Shown: positions 56,401 to 64,000 of the stretch, piece after piece
Layout: each line of letters begins with the position of its first letter
How positions within the stretch are numbered: position 1 is the stretch's first letter
NCBI GenBank assembly: GCA_017620395.1
Contig: JAFZQJ010000018.1
Span: 2,016 to 66,015, forward strand
Origin: Clostridia bacterium
GTDB taxonomy: Bacteria; Bacillota; Clostridia; Oscillospirales; RGIG8002
Length of the DNA: 64,000 nucleotides
Direction: 5' to 3'
Notes under the pieces: generated by a model
Databases searched by the model: none
Seen by the model: only the letters and a program-made list of their open reading frames with translations
What the model was told of the DNA's origin: nothing
Translations under genes and position numbers: made by a program

Positions 56401-57170
56401 CAGTCGCAGAACGCAGAACAGGCAATGCCAACCGTTCCGCTTTTTATCGTATATTTTCCTGATATACTGCTTCTCGCTACTATCAGCCAATTGCCGATAT
56501 AAAGCACACTGTTTTTCCAATTTGATGCGTTATTGTAATACCCGGTATTATAGAACGCCCATTCGCCTATGCTCGTCACGCTGTCCGGTATCGTCACGCT
56601 CGTCAGACCGGTGCAGACTTTGAATGCCCATCCGCCGATGCTCGTGACGCTGTCCGGTATCGTCACGCCCGTCAGACCGGTGCAGCCTTCGAACGCACAC
56701 AAACCGATGATCGTCACGCTGTCGGGTATCGTCACGCCCGTCAGACCGGAGCAGCCCTGGAACGCATATCTGCCAATCCATGTCACGCTGTTCGGTATCG
56801 TAACGCTCGTCAGACCGGAGCAGCCCTGGAACGCATAATCGCCGATACTCGTCACGCTATCCGGTATCGTCACGTTCGTCAGGTCGGTGCACCGGTAGAA
56901 CGCCCAATTGCCGATGCTCGTCACACCGCTATTAATAATTACTGTGGAAAAACTTTCGTATCTCCACGGAACATAAGAAGAAATATAATTAGTCATCTCC
57001 CCAGTACCGCTAATAGTCAGCACGCCGTCTTCAAGCGTCCACGTGAGACTCTCACCGCAGGTACCGCTTTCAGCAGTGGCGGCGGAAACGGTGATAATAC
57101 CTGTCGGCAATAGGGCGATGAGCATTATAGATACTATTAGCAAGCTTATTATTCTATGATACTTTTTCAT
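53427..57170 (-). CDS. Large secreted BspA-type leucine-rich-repeat protein with four Big_3-like Ig domains and a C-terminal dockerin
   Basis: Signal peptide. About 30 units of the type [22 protein letters not shown] (roughly 57068-54801). Four repeats of the type LP.KL.Y..G..LD.SGG.I..YY.D......M....VSGFD....G.QTLTV.Y.G (roughly 54773-53721). Dockerin [19 protein letters not shown] ... [19 protein letters not shown]. Confidence 0.85.
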   Translation of the reverse strand: MKKYHRIISLLIVSIMLIALLPTGIITVSAATAESGTCGESLTWTLEDGVLTISGTGEMTNYISSYVPWRYESFSTVIINSGVTSIGNWAFYRCTDLTNVTIPDSVTSIGDYAFQGCSGLTSVTIPNSVTWIGRYAFQGCSGLTGVTIPDSVTIIGLCAFEGCTGLTGVTIPDSVTSIGGWAFKVCTGLTSVTIPDSVTSIGEWAFYNTGYYNNASNWKNSVLYIGNWLIVARSSISGKYTIKSGTVGIACSAFCDCKGLTSVTIPDSVTSIGENAFNGCTGLKSVTIPDSVTSIGANAFKNTGYYNNASNWENDVLYIGKWLINANGSISGKYTIKSGTVGIAYSAFHSCTGLTSVTIPDSVTSIGDGAFGYCSGLETITVAENNSVYHSASNCLIETESKTLMCGCKNSVIPADGSVTSISYWAFGGCTGLTSVTIPDSVTSIGDGAFGYCSGPETITVENNNPVYHSASNCLIETESKTLILGCNNSVIPADGSVTSIGDYAFSNCTGLTSVTIPDSVTSIGSDAFFNCRNLTSVTIPNSVTSIGGSVFYNCTGVKHLITGTAGIGIVTTCFKNSLTDVVILDGVTSIVNDAFSSCTALTSVTIPNSVTSIGDYAFSSCTALTSVMIPDSVTSIGDSAFYNCTGLTSVTIPNSVTSIGDYAFHICAGLTSVTIPNSVTSIGDGAFEYCSGLEAITVENNNPVYHSAGNCLIETESKTLIAGCKNSVIPADGSVTSIGKYAFYWCRLTSITIPDSVTSIGDYAFSNCTGLTRVTIPNSVTSIGKYAFHYYTGSYIQINAILIVYKNSYAHQYAVSNGFSYEFIKPNHIEVSRLPDKLTYLEGKEEIDVSGGIISVYYDSGASEEIEMTADLVSGLDNSVVGEQTLTVEYEGLTTTFDVEIIAKSLSGMRVTTLPANRHYIEYKDGLELDGGEITLYYNNDTYETIEMTADIVSGFDITSIGVQTLTVTYGGFTDTFTVEVAPKSVSDIAVTTPPSKLQYLINKDRLDISGGIVTIYFDNDTTREAYMVYNNGYKLMFADDFTLADLAVTGFDNTSVGTKTIVVRYSGKSATFDIEILDKTLVRLEIVTKPAKTEYIKGEQLDLSGAIIRLHYDNDTTQTANVISVGGNQRMIISGSSSSLPLTVDGFFSNNSGRQTVIITYNGCSDSFDVKVKGENVIIGDPDGDGEIGVTDALMSMRAVLGIIIVVDGDVFIAADVDDDGLLTVSDALRMLRMAAGLPVTRFSI

Positions 57171-57182
57171 TTGTCAGTCACC

Positions 57183-57944
57183 TCATGAGATTCTCACACA
57201 ATATTTATTACAGAACTCATCGAATTGCTTTAATGACTTTTCACTCATATCCGGATGTGTTCTTATTGATGTTAATTTGAGGTTGCGAAGTTGAAAATAC
57301 TCATCGCTCGGATTGAGTACCGTACTATTCACCCAATTTGTATAATCAACAATCGACCTAACAAGAGCATCATTACTTTTAACTATTTCGTCATATTGAA
57401 ACAAACGAAGCTTTTGTGGGAATTCTGGATTCATTGGTGTGGCAACAAGACGATACTCTTCCTCTTTTTGATAAACATCCTTGTCCTTCACTGTTTGAAG
57501 ATTTGATAAATAGCGTCCTTGTTCAAAATAATCAACTATTTTTTCTATATCGACTTGCTCAATATACTTAATGCTGTGACCTTTGATCTTATAATTTGAC
57601 AGAAACTCATTATCTTCAACATAATCAATTCCCAAACATATATAATCCTTATTACGGTTCCAAAAAACACCTGAATTGCCGTTTGTGCACCAGCACTGAC
57701 AACGCGTTTGCAAAGAAAGGGCAACTATATTGGTGATTTCTGTATAAATATCATTGTTCGGCATATGCGGATAGTACCTATGGTATATACCAATTAGTTC
57801 TTCACACCCTTTTATTGTACTCGCTTTTCTTACATAAAGGCTTTCTAATGTATCTTTCCATATGCCAGCATATCTAAACCTATAATACTTATTAAGAAAT
57901 GTGTTTTCAAACTCTTTAAAACACATATATCTATACAGTTTCAT
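57183..57944 (-). CDS. AT-rich orphan cytoplasmic protein with faint DUF2971-like features
   Basis: AGGAGG RBS before the ATG at 57944. No signal peptide or TM span. KLYRYMCFKEFENTF start and CWCTNGNSGVFWNRNKDYICLGI resemble DUF2971 motifs. Line 57541-57600 has 18/60 G+C. Confidence 0.5.
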   Translation of the reverse strand: MKLYRYMCFKEFENTFLNKYYRFRYAGIWKDTLESLYVRKASTIKGCEELIGIYHRYYPHMPNNDIYTEITNIVALSLQTRCQCWCTNGNSGVFWNRNKDYICLGIDYVEDNEFLSNYKIKGHSIKYIEQVDIEKIVDYFEQGRYLSNLQTVKDKDVYQKEEEYRLVATPMNPEFPQKLRLFQYDEIVKSNDALVRSIVDYTNWVNSTVLNPSDEYFQLRNLKLTSIRTHPDMSEKSLKQFDEFCNKYCVRIS

Positions 57945-58056
57945 GTTCTCCCCACCTCCTAACAATTACAACAACATTATAGTCTCTTTAACGACTATTG
58001 TCAAGATAGTGATTATATTTTATCATTGTATCAAGGAATTCACGGGGGGTGATACG

Positions 58057-58275
58057 ATGATAAGCTATGAGCCGTTCTGGCGGACGCTGAAGGCCTCGAA
58101 CGAGTCGACTTATACGCTGATAAAGAAGCATAACATATCCAGCTCCACCATCGATAAGCTCCGCAAAAACAAGCCAATCACCACCACGACGATAAACGAT
58201 CTCTGTATGATCCTCGCCTGCCCCGTTTCCGATATAATGAAATACGTTCCGTCGGACGCCGACCAGAGGTTGTAA
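58057..58275 (+). CDS. Small XRE/Cro-type helix-turn-helix protein
   Basis: 72 aa starting MISYEPFWRTLKASNESTYTLIKKHNISSSTIDKLRKNKPITTTTINDLCMIL, typical of stand-alone HTH_26-type regulators. It is divergent from the AT-rich orphan gene. Confidence 0.8.
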   Translation: MISYEPFWRTLKASNESTYTLIKKHNISSSTIDKLRKNKPITTTTINDLCMILACPVSDIMKYVPSDADQRL

Positions 58276-58364
58276 CGTCAAACGGAACGTATGTTTTATA
58301 TACGATTTGCCGGTTTTGCCGGCGTTTTTTATTATGAGGATTGCCGCGAGTTTAGAGTTTAGAG

Positions 58365-58898
58365 TTATGATGCCGCTGACGCGTCAGTGATGAGTTCGCA
58401 GGCGGCGCGGAGCGCGCTCCACTCTTCGACGAGGCGGGGCAGGTCCCACGACGCGTTCGCGGGGCTGGTAGACGGCAGGCGCGTAAACCCGACGCCCGCC
58501 GGCGGAGGCGCGAAGCGCCCGAAAAGCTCCTCCGCCTTCGCGCCGTTGAAGAAGACGCGCCTGATATTCAGCTTCGCGATAAGCCCGCCGACGTCGTTGG
58601 GTATGACCTCGCAGATGCTCGCGTCGGCGGCGCCCTCTATCTCGCAGGAGGCGCAGACGTCCCAGAGCGCGACGCGGTTGCGCAGCAGGAGCGCCTTCTT
58701 ATCCGCGACCGTCTCCGGCGTTTCCTCGCCGAAAACCGCGGCGAGCACGCGCCAGAAGCGGTTGTTCGGGTTGCCGTAATAGAAACCCGTCTCGCGCGAA
58801 AGCGGCGACGGCATCGTGCCGAGGACCAGCACGGCGCTGTTTTCGTCATAAACCGGCGCGATCTCGTGAACGACTTTTTCCTTTTTTCTCTTAAACAC
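58365..58898 (-). CDS. UDG-superfamily DNA glycosylase (hypoxanthine/deoxyinosine glycosylase-like)
   Basis: VLVLGTMPSPLSRETGFYYGNPNNRFWRVL motif and C-terminal LPSTSPANA. Confidence 0.75.
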   Translation of the reverse strand: MFKRKKEKVVHEIAPVYDENSAVLVLGTMPSPLSRETGFYYGNPNNRFWRVLAAVFGEETPETVADKKALLLRNRVALWDVCASCEIEGAADASICEVIPNDVGGLIAKLNIRRVFFNGAKAEELFGRFAPPPAGVGFTRLPSTSPANASWDLPRLVEEWSALRAACELITDASAAS

Positions 58899-58900
58899 GG

Positions 58901-59641
58901 CTACAGCCCCATCTTCGTGAAAAGCAGCCAGCAGACGCCGTAGACGACCGGCTGGTGAAGCAGGTAGAAATACACGCTGTTGCGCCCGATGAACGACAGC
59001 GGCTTTATATCAAGCCCGCCGTATTTCACGTCGTACTCCTTCTCCTTCAGCCACCTGCCGAAGAAGTGCCCGGCGAGGAAGGCGAAGTAGTACGGTATCA
59101 TCGGGTAGAAATCGCCGGAGACGAAGTCCCGCGTGACGAAGCCGAGGAAATACAGGTGCTTTATCTCCACCTCGACCGGGAAGACGAACACCGTCGCGAA
59201 GAAGGCCGCCATCCCCACCGCCGCTCCGAAAAGCGGATGCACCTGCGCGTGGAACGGGCGCATCAGCGCGACGACGATCATCGAAGCTCCGATCAGACTG
59301 AGTATCCCGTAGCGCACCGTCATATCCGGCGTCACGAGCGCCGAAAAGAGCGTCACGATCAGCCCGAACAGAAAGACTATGATTCCCCTGCGCAGCGGAT
59401 TGCGCGAATAGTTCGTGCATATCCCGGACAGTATTATAAAGCAGACGGCGAAGAAATCGCGCAGGAAAAGCACGAACGGCGCGTCCACTATATGCAGGAA
59501 GCCGAAGTCCTTGCCGAACACCCAGTAGAGATCGAACGCGGTGTGGAATATGATGACGAGTATCATCATAAAGCCGCGCAGCGTATCGTAAAGCGCGATG
59601 CGCGAAGGGTCGGCGCGTTTGAAAAAGATGCCGTTTTCCAT
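58901..59641 (-). CDS. DUF1624 (heparan-alpha-glucosaminide N-acetyltransferase-like) membrane protein
   Basis: RIALYDTLRGFMMILVIIFH motif and multiple TM spans. The ATG overlaps the ychF stop by 1 nt (TGATG). The longer ORF-track frame was trimmed. Confidence 0.7.
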   Translation of the reverse strand: MENGIFFKRADPSRIALYDTLRGFMMILVIIFHTAFDLYWVFGKDFGFLHIVDAPFVLFLRDFFAVCFIILSGICTNYSRNPLRRGIIVFLFGLIVTLFSALVTPDMTVRYGILSLIGASMIVVALMRPFHAQVHPLFGAAVGMAAFFATVFVFPVEVEIKHLYFLGFVTRDFVSGDFYPMIPYYFAFLAGHFFGRWLKEKEYDVKYGGLDIKPLSFIGRNSVYFYLLHQPVVYGVCWLLFTKMGL

Positions 59642-60741
59642 CAGACGTTGAACCTGAAGAGTATCACGTCGCCGTCGCGGACGACGTATTCCTTGCCCTC
59701 GCTGCGGTAGAGCCCCTTCTCGCGCGCGGCGGCGATGCTGCCGCAGGCGACGAGGTCTTCGTAGGAGACTATCTCGGCGCGGATAAAGCCGCGCTTGAAG
59801 TCGGTGTGTATCTTCCCCGCCGCGTCGGGCGCCTTTGTGCCCTTCGTGATCGTCCAGGCGCGGACCTCGGGCTGTCCGGCGGTGAAGTAGGATATGTAGC
59901 CGAGCAGCGCGTAGCACTCGCGGATGAGGCGGTTGAGCCCCGACTCCTCAAGCCCGATCTCCTCGAGGAACATCTTCCGCTCCTCGGGGTCGTCAAAGTC
60001 GTTGAGGTCCTGCTCCAGCTTCGCGCAGACGGGGATGATGCCCGCGTGCTCGCGCTCCGCGGTTTCGCGCAGGGCGCGGTAGCCGGCGTTGTTCTCGATG
60101 CCGCCGGCGAAGTCCGCCTCGCTCATGTTCGCCGCGTAGATGACCGGCTTGAGCGAAAGCAGCGACACCGTCTCGATGACGGCGCGTTCGTCATCCGTGC
60201 ATTCGAAGCTGCGGGCGGGGTTGCCGTCGGAAAGGTGCTTCTCGAGGCGCTTCAGCAGGTCGTATTCCTTCTCGAACTTCTTGTCGCCGCCCTTCAGCGC
60301 CTTCGCAGTCTTGTCAATGCAGCGCTCGAGCACCTCGAGGTCGGCGAGGATAAGCTCGACGTTTATCGTTTCGCTGTCCGCGACCGGGTCGACGGACGCG
60401 CTGACGTGGGTGATGTTCTCATCCTCAAAGCAGCGGACGGTGTGAACGAGGGCGTCGACTTCGCGGATGTGCGAGAGGAACTTGTTGCCGAGCCCTTCGC
60501 CGGCGGAGGCGCCCTTGACGATGCCCGCAATGTCGACGAACTCCACCGTCGCGGGAGTCGTCTTGACGGGCGAATACATCTCCGTCAGCTTGTCCAGACG
60601 CGCGTCCGGCACGGGCACTACGCCGACGTTCGGCTCGATCGTGCAGAAGGGGTAGTTCGCCGCCTCCGCGCCGCCGCCGACAAGGGCGTTGAAGAGCGTT
60701 GATTTGCCGACGTTCGGCAGTCCGATTATTCCGATTTTCAT
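59641..60741 (-). CDS. ychF: Redox-regulated ATPase YchF
   Basis: [20 protein letters not shown]1 motif and C-terminal TGS-like [12 protein letters not shown]. The start is at the ATG at 60741 after GAGGATG. Confidence 0.95.
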   Translation of the reverse strand: MKIGIIGLPNVGKSTLFNALVGGGAEAANYPFCTIEPNVGVVPVPDARLDKLTEMYSPVKTTPATVEFVDIAGIVKGASAGEGLGNKFLSHIREVDALVHTVRCFEDENITHVSASVDPVADSETINVELILADLEVLERCIDKTAKALKGGDKKFEKEYDLLKRLEKHLSDGNPARSFECTDDERAVIETVSLLSLKPVIYAANMSEADFAGGIENNAGYRALRETAEREHAGIIPVCAKLEQDLNDFDDPEERKMFLEEIGLEESGLNRLIRECYALLGYISYFTAGQPEVRAWTITKGTKAPDAAGKIHTDFKRGFIRAEIVSYEDLVACGSIAAAREKGLYRSEGKEYVVRDGDVILFRFNV

Positions 60742-60924
60742 ATTTTCACATCCTCGCAATATTTGCACAAATATATTATATACCCGTTTAACGAAAATGT
60801 AAAGACGCGGTTTTTATCTTTCCCGCGCTTTACGCGCTGCATTTTTAACATTTTTTCCAATATTTTTAACTAATATTTGAAAAAATAGATTATAATAGAA
60901 GGTAGTAAGAAAGAAGGGATAATT

Positions 60925-62232
60925 ATGACAGAAGATTTCAACAGAGATAACCCTACTCCCGAAAGCTACGAAAACCGGCAGTTCTCCGCTCCGCAGGCGG
61001 AGGCGCCCGATACCCCCGTTCAGCCGCAGCCCGCTCCGGCGGAGCACAACAGCTACGTCTGGGCCGAAGCCGCGCAGGATAAGAAAAAGAAGAAGGAGCA
61101 CGGACGCGGATACGCCTTCGGCGTTTCGCTGCTCGCGATCCTGATATGCGCGGTGCTGGTGCTCGCCTCCTTCGGCGTCGTGCACATTGTGCAGAACGCC
61201 GGCGGCAGCAGCACGGCTCCCGAGTCTTCGACGGAAGCTCCGGTCGAGCAGAAGACCGGCTTCGACCTCAGCGGCCGCACCGAGGCCGACGAGATCTCCG
61301 TCAAGGACGCCGCGCAGAAGATACGCCCCGCGGTCGTCGGCGTCGTCAACTATAAGATGAACTCGCTGACCGCTTCCGGCTACGGCTCCGGCGTCATCAT
61401 CAACGCCGAGGGCTACGTCGTGACCAACTACCACGTCATCGAGGGCGCGGACCGCGTCAAGATCGTGCTTTACGACAAGAAGGAAGCGCTCGCGAGCATC
61501 GTCGGCTCCGATCAGCAGACCGACCTCGCGGTGCTGCAGATAATCGAAGACGACACGATCAAGCACAGCGACCTCGTTTACGCCACCTTCGGCAACTCCG
61601 ACGAGGTGCAGCTCGCCGAGACCGTCATCGCGATAGGCAACCCCGGCGGCCTTGAATTCGCCGGCACCGTCACCCGCGGCATCGTCTCCGGCATCAACGT
61701 CAAGACCGACCTTTCCGGCAACGTCAAGCTGATACAGACAGACGCGGCGATCAACCCCGGCAACTCCGGCGGCCCACTGATCGACCTCTACGGCAACGTC
61801 ATCGGCATCACCTCGCAGAAGATAGTCGACACGCAGTATGAGGGAATGGGCTTCGCGATCCCCTCCAACACCGTCAAGCCCATCGTCGACAGCATAATGA
61901 CCTACGGCTACGTGCCCGGCAGGCCGATGATCGGCATCAGCGGCAACACGATAGACGAATACGTCGCCTACTTCAACAACGTGCCGCGCGGAGTGCTGAT
62001 AACCTCCGTCGACGCCAACACCGACGCCGCTGCGAAGGGGCTGAAGAAGAACGACATCATCACCTCCATCGGCGGAGTCACCGTCAAGACAATGGACGAA
62101 CTCAACGCCGAGAAGGAGAAGTATTCCGCCGGCGACACCGTCGAGCTCGGCATCTACCGCTATTCCGAAGGCCGCTCCTTCACGGTGAGCGTCGTGCTCT
62201 CGGAGTACAAACCCACGGAAACGATGAACTGA
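60925..62232 (+). CDS. Membrane-anchored S1C (HtrA/DegP-like) serine protease with a PDZ domain
   Basis: TM span AFGVSLLAILICAVLVLASFG. Catalytic triad contexts VVTNYHVIEG, DLAVLQI and GNSGGPLID. C-terminal PDZ-like GVLITSVDANTDAAAKGLKKNDIITSIGG. Confidence 0.9.
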   Translation: MTEDFNRDNPTPESYENRQFSAPQAEAPDTPVQPQPAPAEHNSYVWAEAAQDKKKKKEHGRGYAFGVSLLAILICAVLVLASFGVVHIVQNAGGSSTAPESSTEAPVEQKTGFDLSGRTEADEISVKDAAQKIRPAVVGVVNYKMNSLTASGYGSGVIINAEGYVVTNYHVIEGADRVKIVLYDKKEALASIVGSDQQTDLAVLQIIEDDTIKHSDLVYATFGNSDEVQLAETVIAIGNPGGLEFAGTVTRGIVSGINVKTDLSGNVKLIQTDAAINPGNSGGPLIDLYGNVIGITSQKIVDTQYEGMGFAIPSNTVKPIVDSIMTYGYVPGRPMIGISGNTIDEYVAYFNNVPRGVLITSVDANTDAAAKGLKKNDIITSIGGVTVKTMDELNAEKEKYSAGDTVELGIYRYSEGRSFTVSVVLSEYKPTETMN

Positions 62233-62279
62233 TCCGAACGCACCCCGACAGGGTTTTCATTTTAATTCCTTCCTATGCG

Positions 62280-62313
62280 AAACGCCGTCCCCCGGGACGG
62301 CGTTTCGTTTTAT
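62280..62313 (+). terminator. Terminator of the HtrA-like gene
   Basis: aaacgccgtccc / gggacggcgttt stem followed by cgtttta. Confidence 0.8.
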
Positions 62314-62490
62314 AATTATTTTTCGGGTTCGACGGTTTTCGGCATATTTCCGCGCTTGTCCGTGATATAATGCGTACATCGCAACTCCCTTCATATACCC
62401 TTTGACTTGCCGCTCCCGTGGCGGCGCCCGCCCGCAAGGGCGGTTCCTTCTCCGACAAGGCCGACCTGCATATCGGCACAGCCGAAAGGC

Positions 62491-62541
62491 AATAAAAGAG
62501 TCACCCGCGTTTGAACGTGCAAGCGCGGGTGACGCTGTTTT
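62491..62541. terminator. Bidirectional terminator-like hairpin inside an orphan intergenic region
   Basis: gtcacccgcg (62500-62509) pairs with cgcgggtgac (62524-62533). An A-rich run lies upstream and gctgtttta downstream. Confidence 0.5.
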
Positions 62542-62757
62542 AGTGAATATTTTGCTCCAAAGGCGCGCAGCGCGTTCAGGCGGCTCCCTCAGACGCAGGG
62601 GCGATCTTGAGCCCGCGCAATTACGCGCCAAGCTTTTAGGAGCCAACAACCCCTCAGTCTTATTATCGGCTTTCAGCCGATAATAAGACAGCTCCCCTTG
62701 CACAGGGGAGCCTCGGTTGCGCCGACTCCATCGGCGGTGATATTATCGCTGCGCGGC

Positions 62758-63840
62758 TTACGAAAGCAGGACGTCGGCGATGCGGGCGGCGGCGTTGCCG
62801 TCGCCGTAGGGGTTCGCCGCGGACGCCATACGCGCGTATTCCGCATCGTCGTCGAGCAGGCGGCGGAACTCCGCGTAAACGGCGGCTTCGTCCGTGCCGA
62901 CGAGCTTCAGCGCGCCGGTGGCGACGCCCTCGGGGCGTTCGGTCGTGCGGCGCAGGACGAGCACCGGCTTATTCAGCGCGGGCGCGTCCTCCTGTATGCC
63001 GCCGCTGTCGGTCAGCGCCAGGCAGCAGCGCGCGAGCATATTGTGGAAATCGAGCACGCCGAGCGGCTCGGTGAGCTTGATGCGGTCGCATCCCTCAAGC
63101 GCCTTCGCGGCCTCGCGCACGTTCGGGTTGAGGTGGACGGGATAGACGAGCTTGACGTCCGGCGTCTCCTCGACGGCGCGGCGCACGGCGGAAAAGATAT
63201 TCGCGAATGGCTCGCCGAAGTTCTCGCGGCGGTGCGCGGTCATCAGCACGAGGCGGCTTCCCCGCGCCCAGTCGAGCAGCGGGTGCGCGTAGTCCTCGCG
63301 GACGGTCGTTTTCAGCGCGTCGATCTCGGTGTTGCCGGTGACAAAGACGCGCTCCGCGGGCACGCCCTCGCGCAGGAGGTTCTCCTTCGCCGCTTCGGTC
63401 GGGGCGAAATTATAGTCCGCGACTATCGTCACGGCGCGGCGGTTGAACTCCTCCGGATAAGGCGAGAAGATATCGCCGGTTCGAAGCCCCGCCTCGACGT
63501 GGCCGACCTTTATGCGCTTGTAGTAGGCGGAGAGCGCGGCGGCGAAGGTCGTCGTGGTGTCCCCGTGGACGAGCACAACGTCCGGATTTTCGGCGTCGAG
63601 CACGCGGTCCATGCCGGAAAGCACCTCGCGGTTTATATCAAACAGCGTTTGCCCCGGGCGCATTACGCCGAGGTTTATATCCGCGCCGACGCCGAACGCG
63701 TTCATCACGTCCGCCAGCATCTCCTTATGCTGCCCCGTGAGACAGACGCAAACGCCGCATCCCCTGCGGCGCAGTTCGATTATCACGGGACACATTTTGA
63801 TAGCTTCCGGCCTCGTACCGAAAGCGGCAAGCACCTTCAT
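62758..63840 (-). CDS. wecB: UDP-N-acetylglucosamine 2-epimerase (non-hydrolysing)
   Basis: MKVLAAFGTRPEAIKM start after GGAGG, plus HGDTTT and TDSGGIQEDAP motifs. Confidence 0.92.
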   Translation of the reverse strand: MKVLAAFGTRPEAIKMCPVIIELRRRGCGVCVCLTGQHKEMLADVMNAFGVGADINLGVMRPGQTLFDINREVLSGMDRVLDAENPDVVLVHGDTTTTFAAALSAYYKRIKVGHVEAGLRTGDIFSPYPEEFNRRAVTIVADYNFAPTEAAKENLLREGVPAERVFVTGNTEIDALKTTVREDYAHPLLDWARGSRLVLMTAHRRENFGEPFANIFSAVRRAVEETPDVKLVYPVHLNPNVREAAKALEGCDRIKLTEPLGVLDFHNMLARCCLALTDSGGIQEDAPALNKPVLVLRRTTERPEGVATGALKLVGTDEAAVYAEFRRLLDDDAEYARMASAANPYGDGNAAARIADVLLS

Positions 63841-63871
63841 TGGCGTTCCTCCGGTTTCGCTTTTCAGCGGC

Positions 63872-63912
63872 TGAAAATCACACAAGGGCGGACGAAACCG
63901 TCCGCCCTTGTG
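63872..63912 (-). terminator. 14-bp hairpin upstream of wecB, probably the terminator of the partial gene at the window edge
   Basis: cacaagggcggacg / cgtccgcccttgtg with loop aaac. The minus strand continues tgattttc. Confidence 0.5.
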
Positions 63913-63928
63913 AAATGTGTGGTTGGAA

Positions 63929-64000
63929 TCAAGCGACCCAAACAGCGTAAAGGACTATGGTAGAGTCGCCGATGGTCACGCTGTCGCAGTCGTTATAAGC
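63929..64000 (-). CDS. 3' end (23 codons) of a truncated gene, possibly another BspA-type LRR protein
   Basis: The minus-strand frame reads AYNDCDSVTIGDSTIVLYAVWVA-stop. AY.DC.SVTIGDS resembles the LRR unit of the 53427-57170 protein, but the fragment is too short to be sure. Confidence 0.25.
   Translation of the reverse strand, partial: AYNDCDSVTIGDSTIVLYAVWVA

Noticed and set aside
54750-56900. Regularly spaced, near-identical ~69-nt DNA repeats, considered as a CRISPR array or non-coding tandem repeat
   Set aside because: The repeats are in frame within one long ORF and encode BspA-type LRR units. There are no unique spacers and no cas genes.
53339-58364. Calling the low-G+C segment a mobile element or genomic island
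   Set aside because: There is no integrase, transposase, recombinase, tRNA target or flanking att-like direct repeats. It is reported only as a compositional anomaly.
60742-60924. Sigma-A promoter for the HtrA-like gene around TATAAT at 60891-60896
   Set aside because: No acceptable -35 or TG extension lies at proper spacing (TTGAAA is only 8 nt upstream, TTTAAC is 20 nt upstream). It was left uncalled.
62420-62490. Possible SRP (4.5S/scRNA) gene on the minus strand, because of CAGGTCGG...GGAGAAGGAACCGCC
   Set aside because: The conserved helix-8 string (GUCAGGUCCGGAAGGAAGCAGC) is interrupted and mismatched, and no convincing closing helices are present. The resemblance is judged coincidental.
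62257-62703. 148-aa minus-strand ORF and a 40-aa sub-ORF with an AAGGGAG RBS in the htrA-wecB spacer
   Set aside because: The frame runs through two terminator hairpins and its composition is Arg/Ala-rich. The short sub-ORF reads through the htrA terminator, and there is no supporting motif.

Overview
This 64-kb window comes from a high-G+C, Gram-positive-type anaerobe. Hand-counted 60-nt lines in housekeeping genes give about 60% G+C. The organism is probably a spore-forming Clostridia (Oscillospirales-like) lineage, because the window carries ylmC/ymxH, SpoVD/SpoVE-type genes, dockerin modules and a bifurcating [FeFe] hydrogenase. This taxon call is inference only. Coding density is high and most genes are on the minus strand. 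Gene content, in order: (1) a TasA-type secreted beta-helix protein; (2) SLOG/DUF1273, pcrA, an MBL hydrolase and murA; (3) a 1641-aa membrane-anchored, thioester-less alpha-2-macroglobulin; (4) argH; (5) a lipoprotein trigger-factor-like PPIase plus an ABC exporter; (6) yebC, a yitT-like gene, mrnC, obg and galK; (7) a compact dcw cluster mraZ-rsmH-ftsL-PBP-murE-murF-mraY-ftsW-murG-murA2-ftsQ-ftsZ, with no murD, murC or ftsA; (8) a ten-gene plus-strand operon for an electron-bifurcating HydABC [FeFe] hydrogenase, interrupted by six sensor/kinase-like/phosphoesterase genes; (9) three tandem paralogous SGNH esterases with N-terminal dockerins; (10) HAD phosphatase, tsf, rpsB (long tail) and ylmC; (11) a lower-G+C segment with a 1247-aa LRR/Ig-like/dockerin protein, an AT-rich orphan gene and a divergent XRE HTH gene; (12) a UDG-family glycosylase, DUF1624, ychF, an HtrA-like protease and wecB. 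I found no rRNA, tRNA, CRISPR array, integrase or transposase. Non-coding features include dispersed hairpin-array repeats, a REP-like element family showing compensatory changes, and candidate MraZ and other operators. My best candidate for an under-described system is the sensory-hydrogenase/GHKL/DRTGG/PHP module inside the hydrogenase operon. The second candidate is the AT-rich orphan/HTH pair beside the LRR-dockerin gene. All functional calls rest on motif recognition by eye, since no database search was possible.
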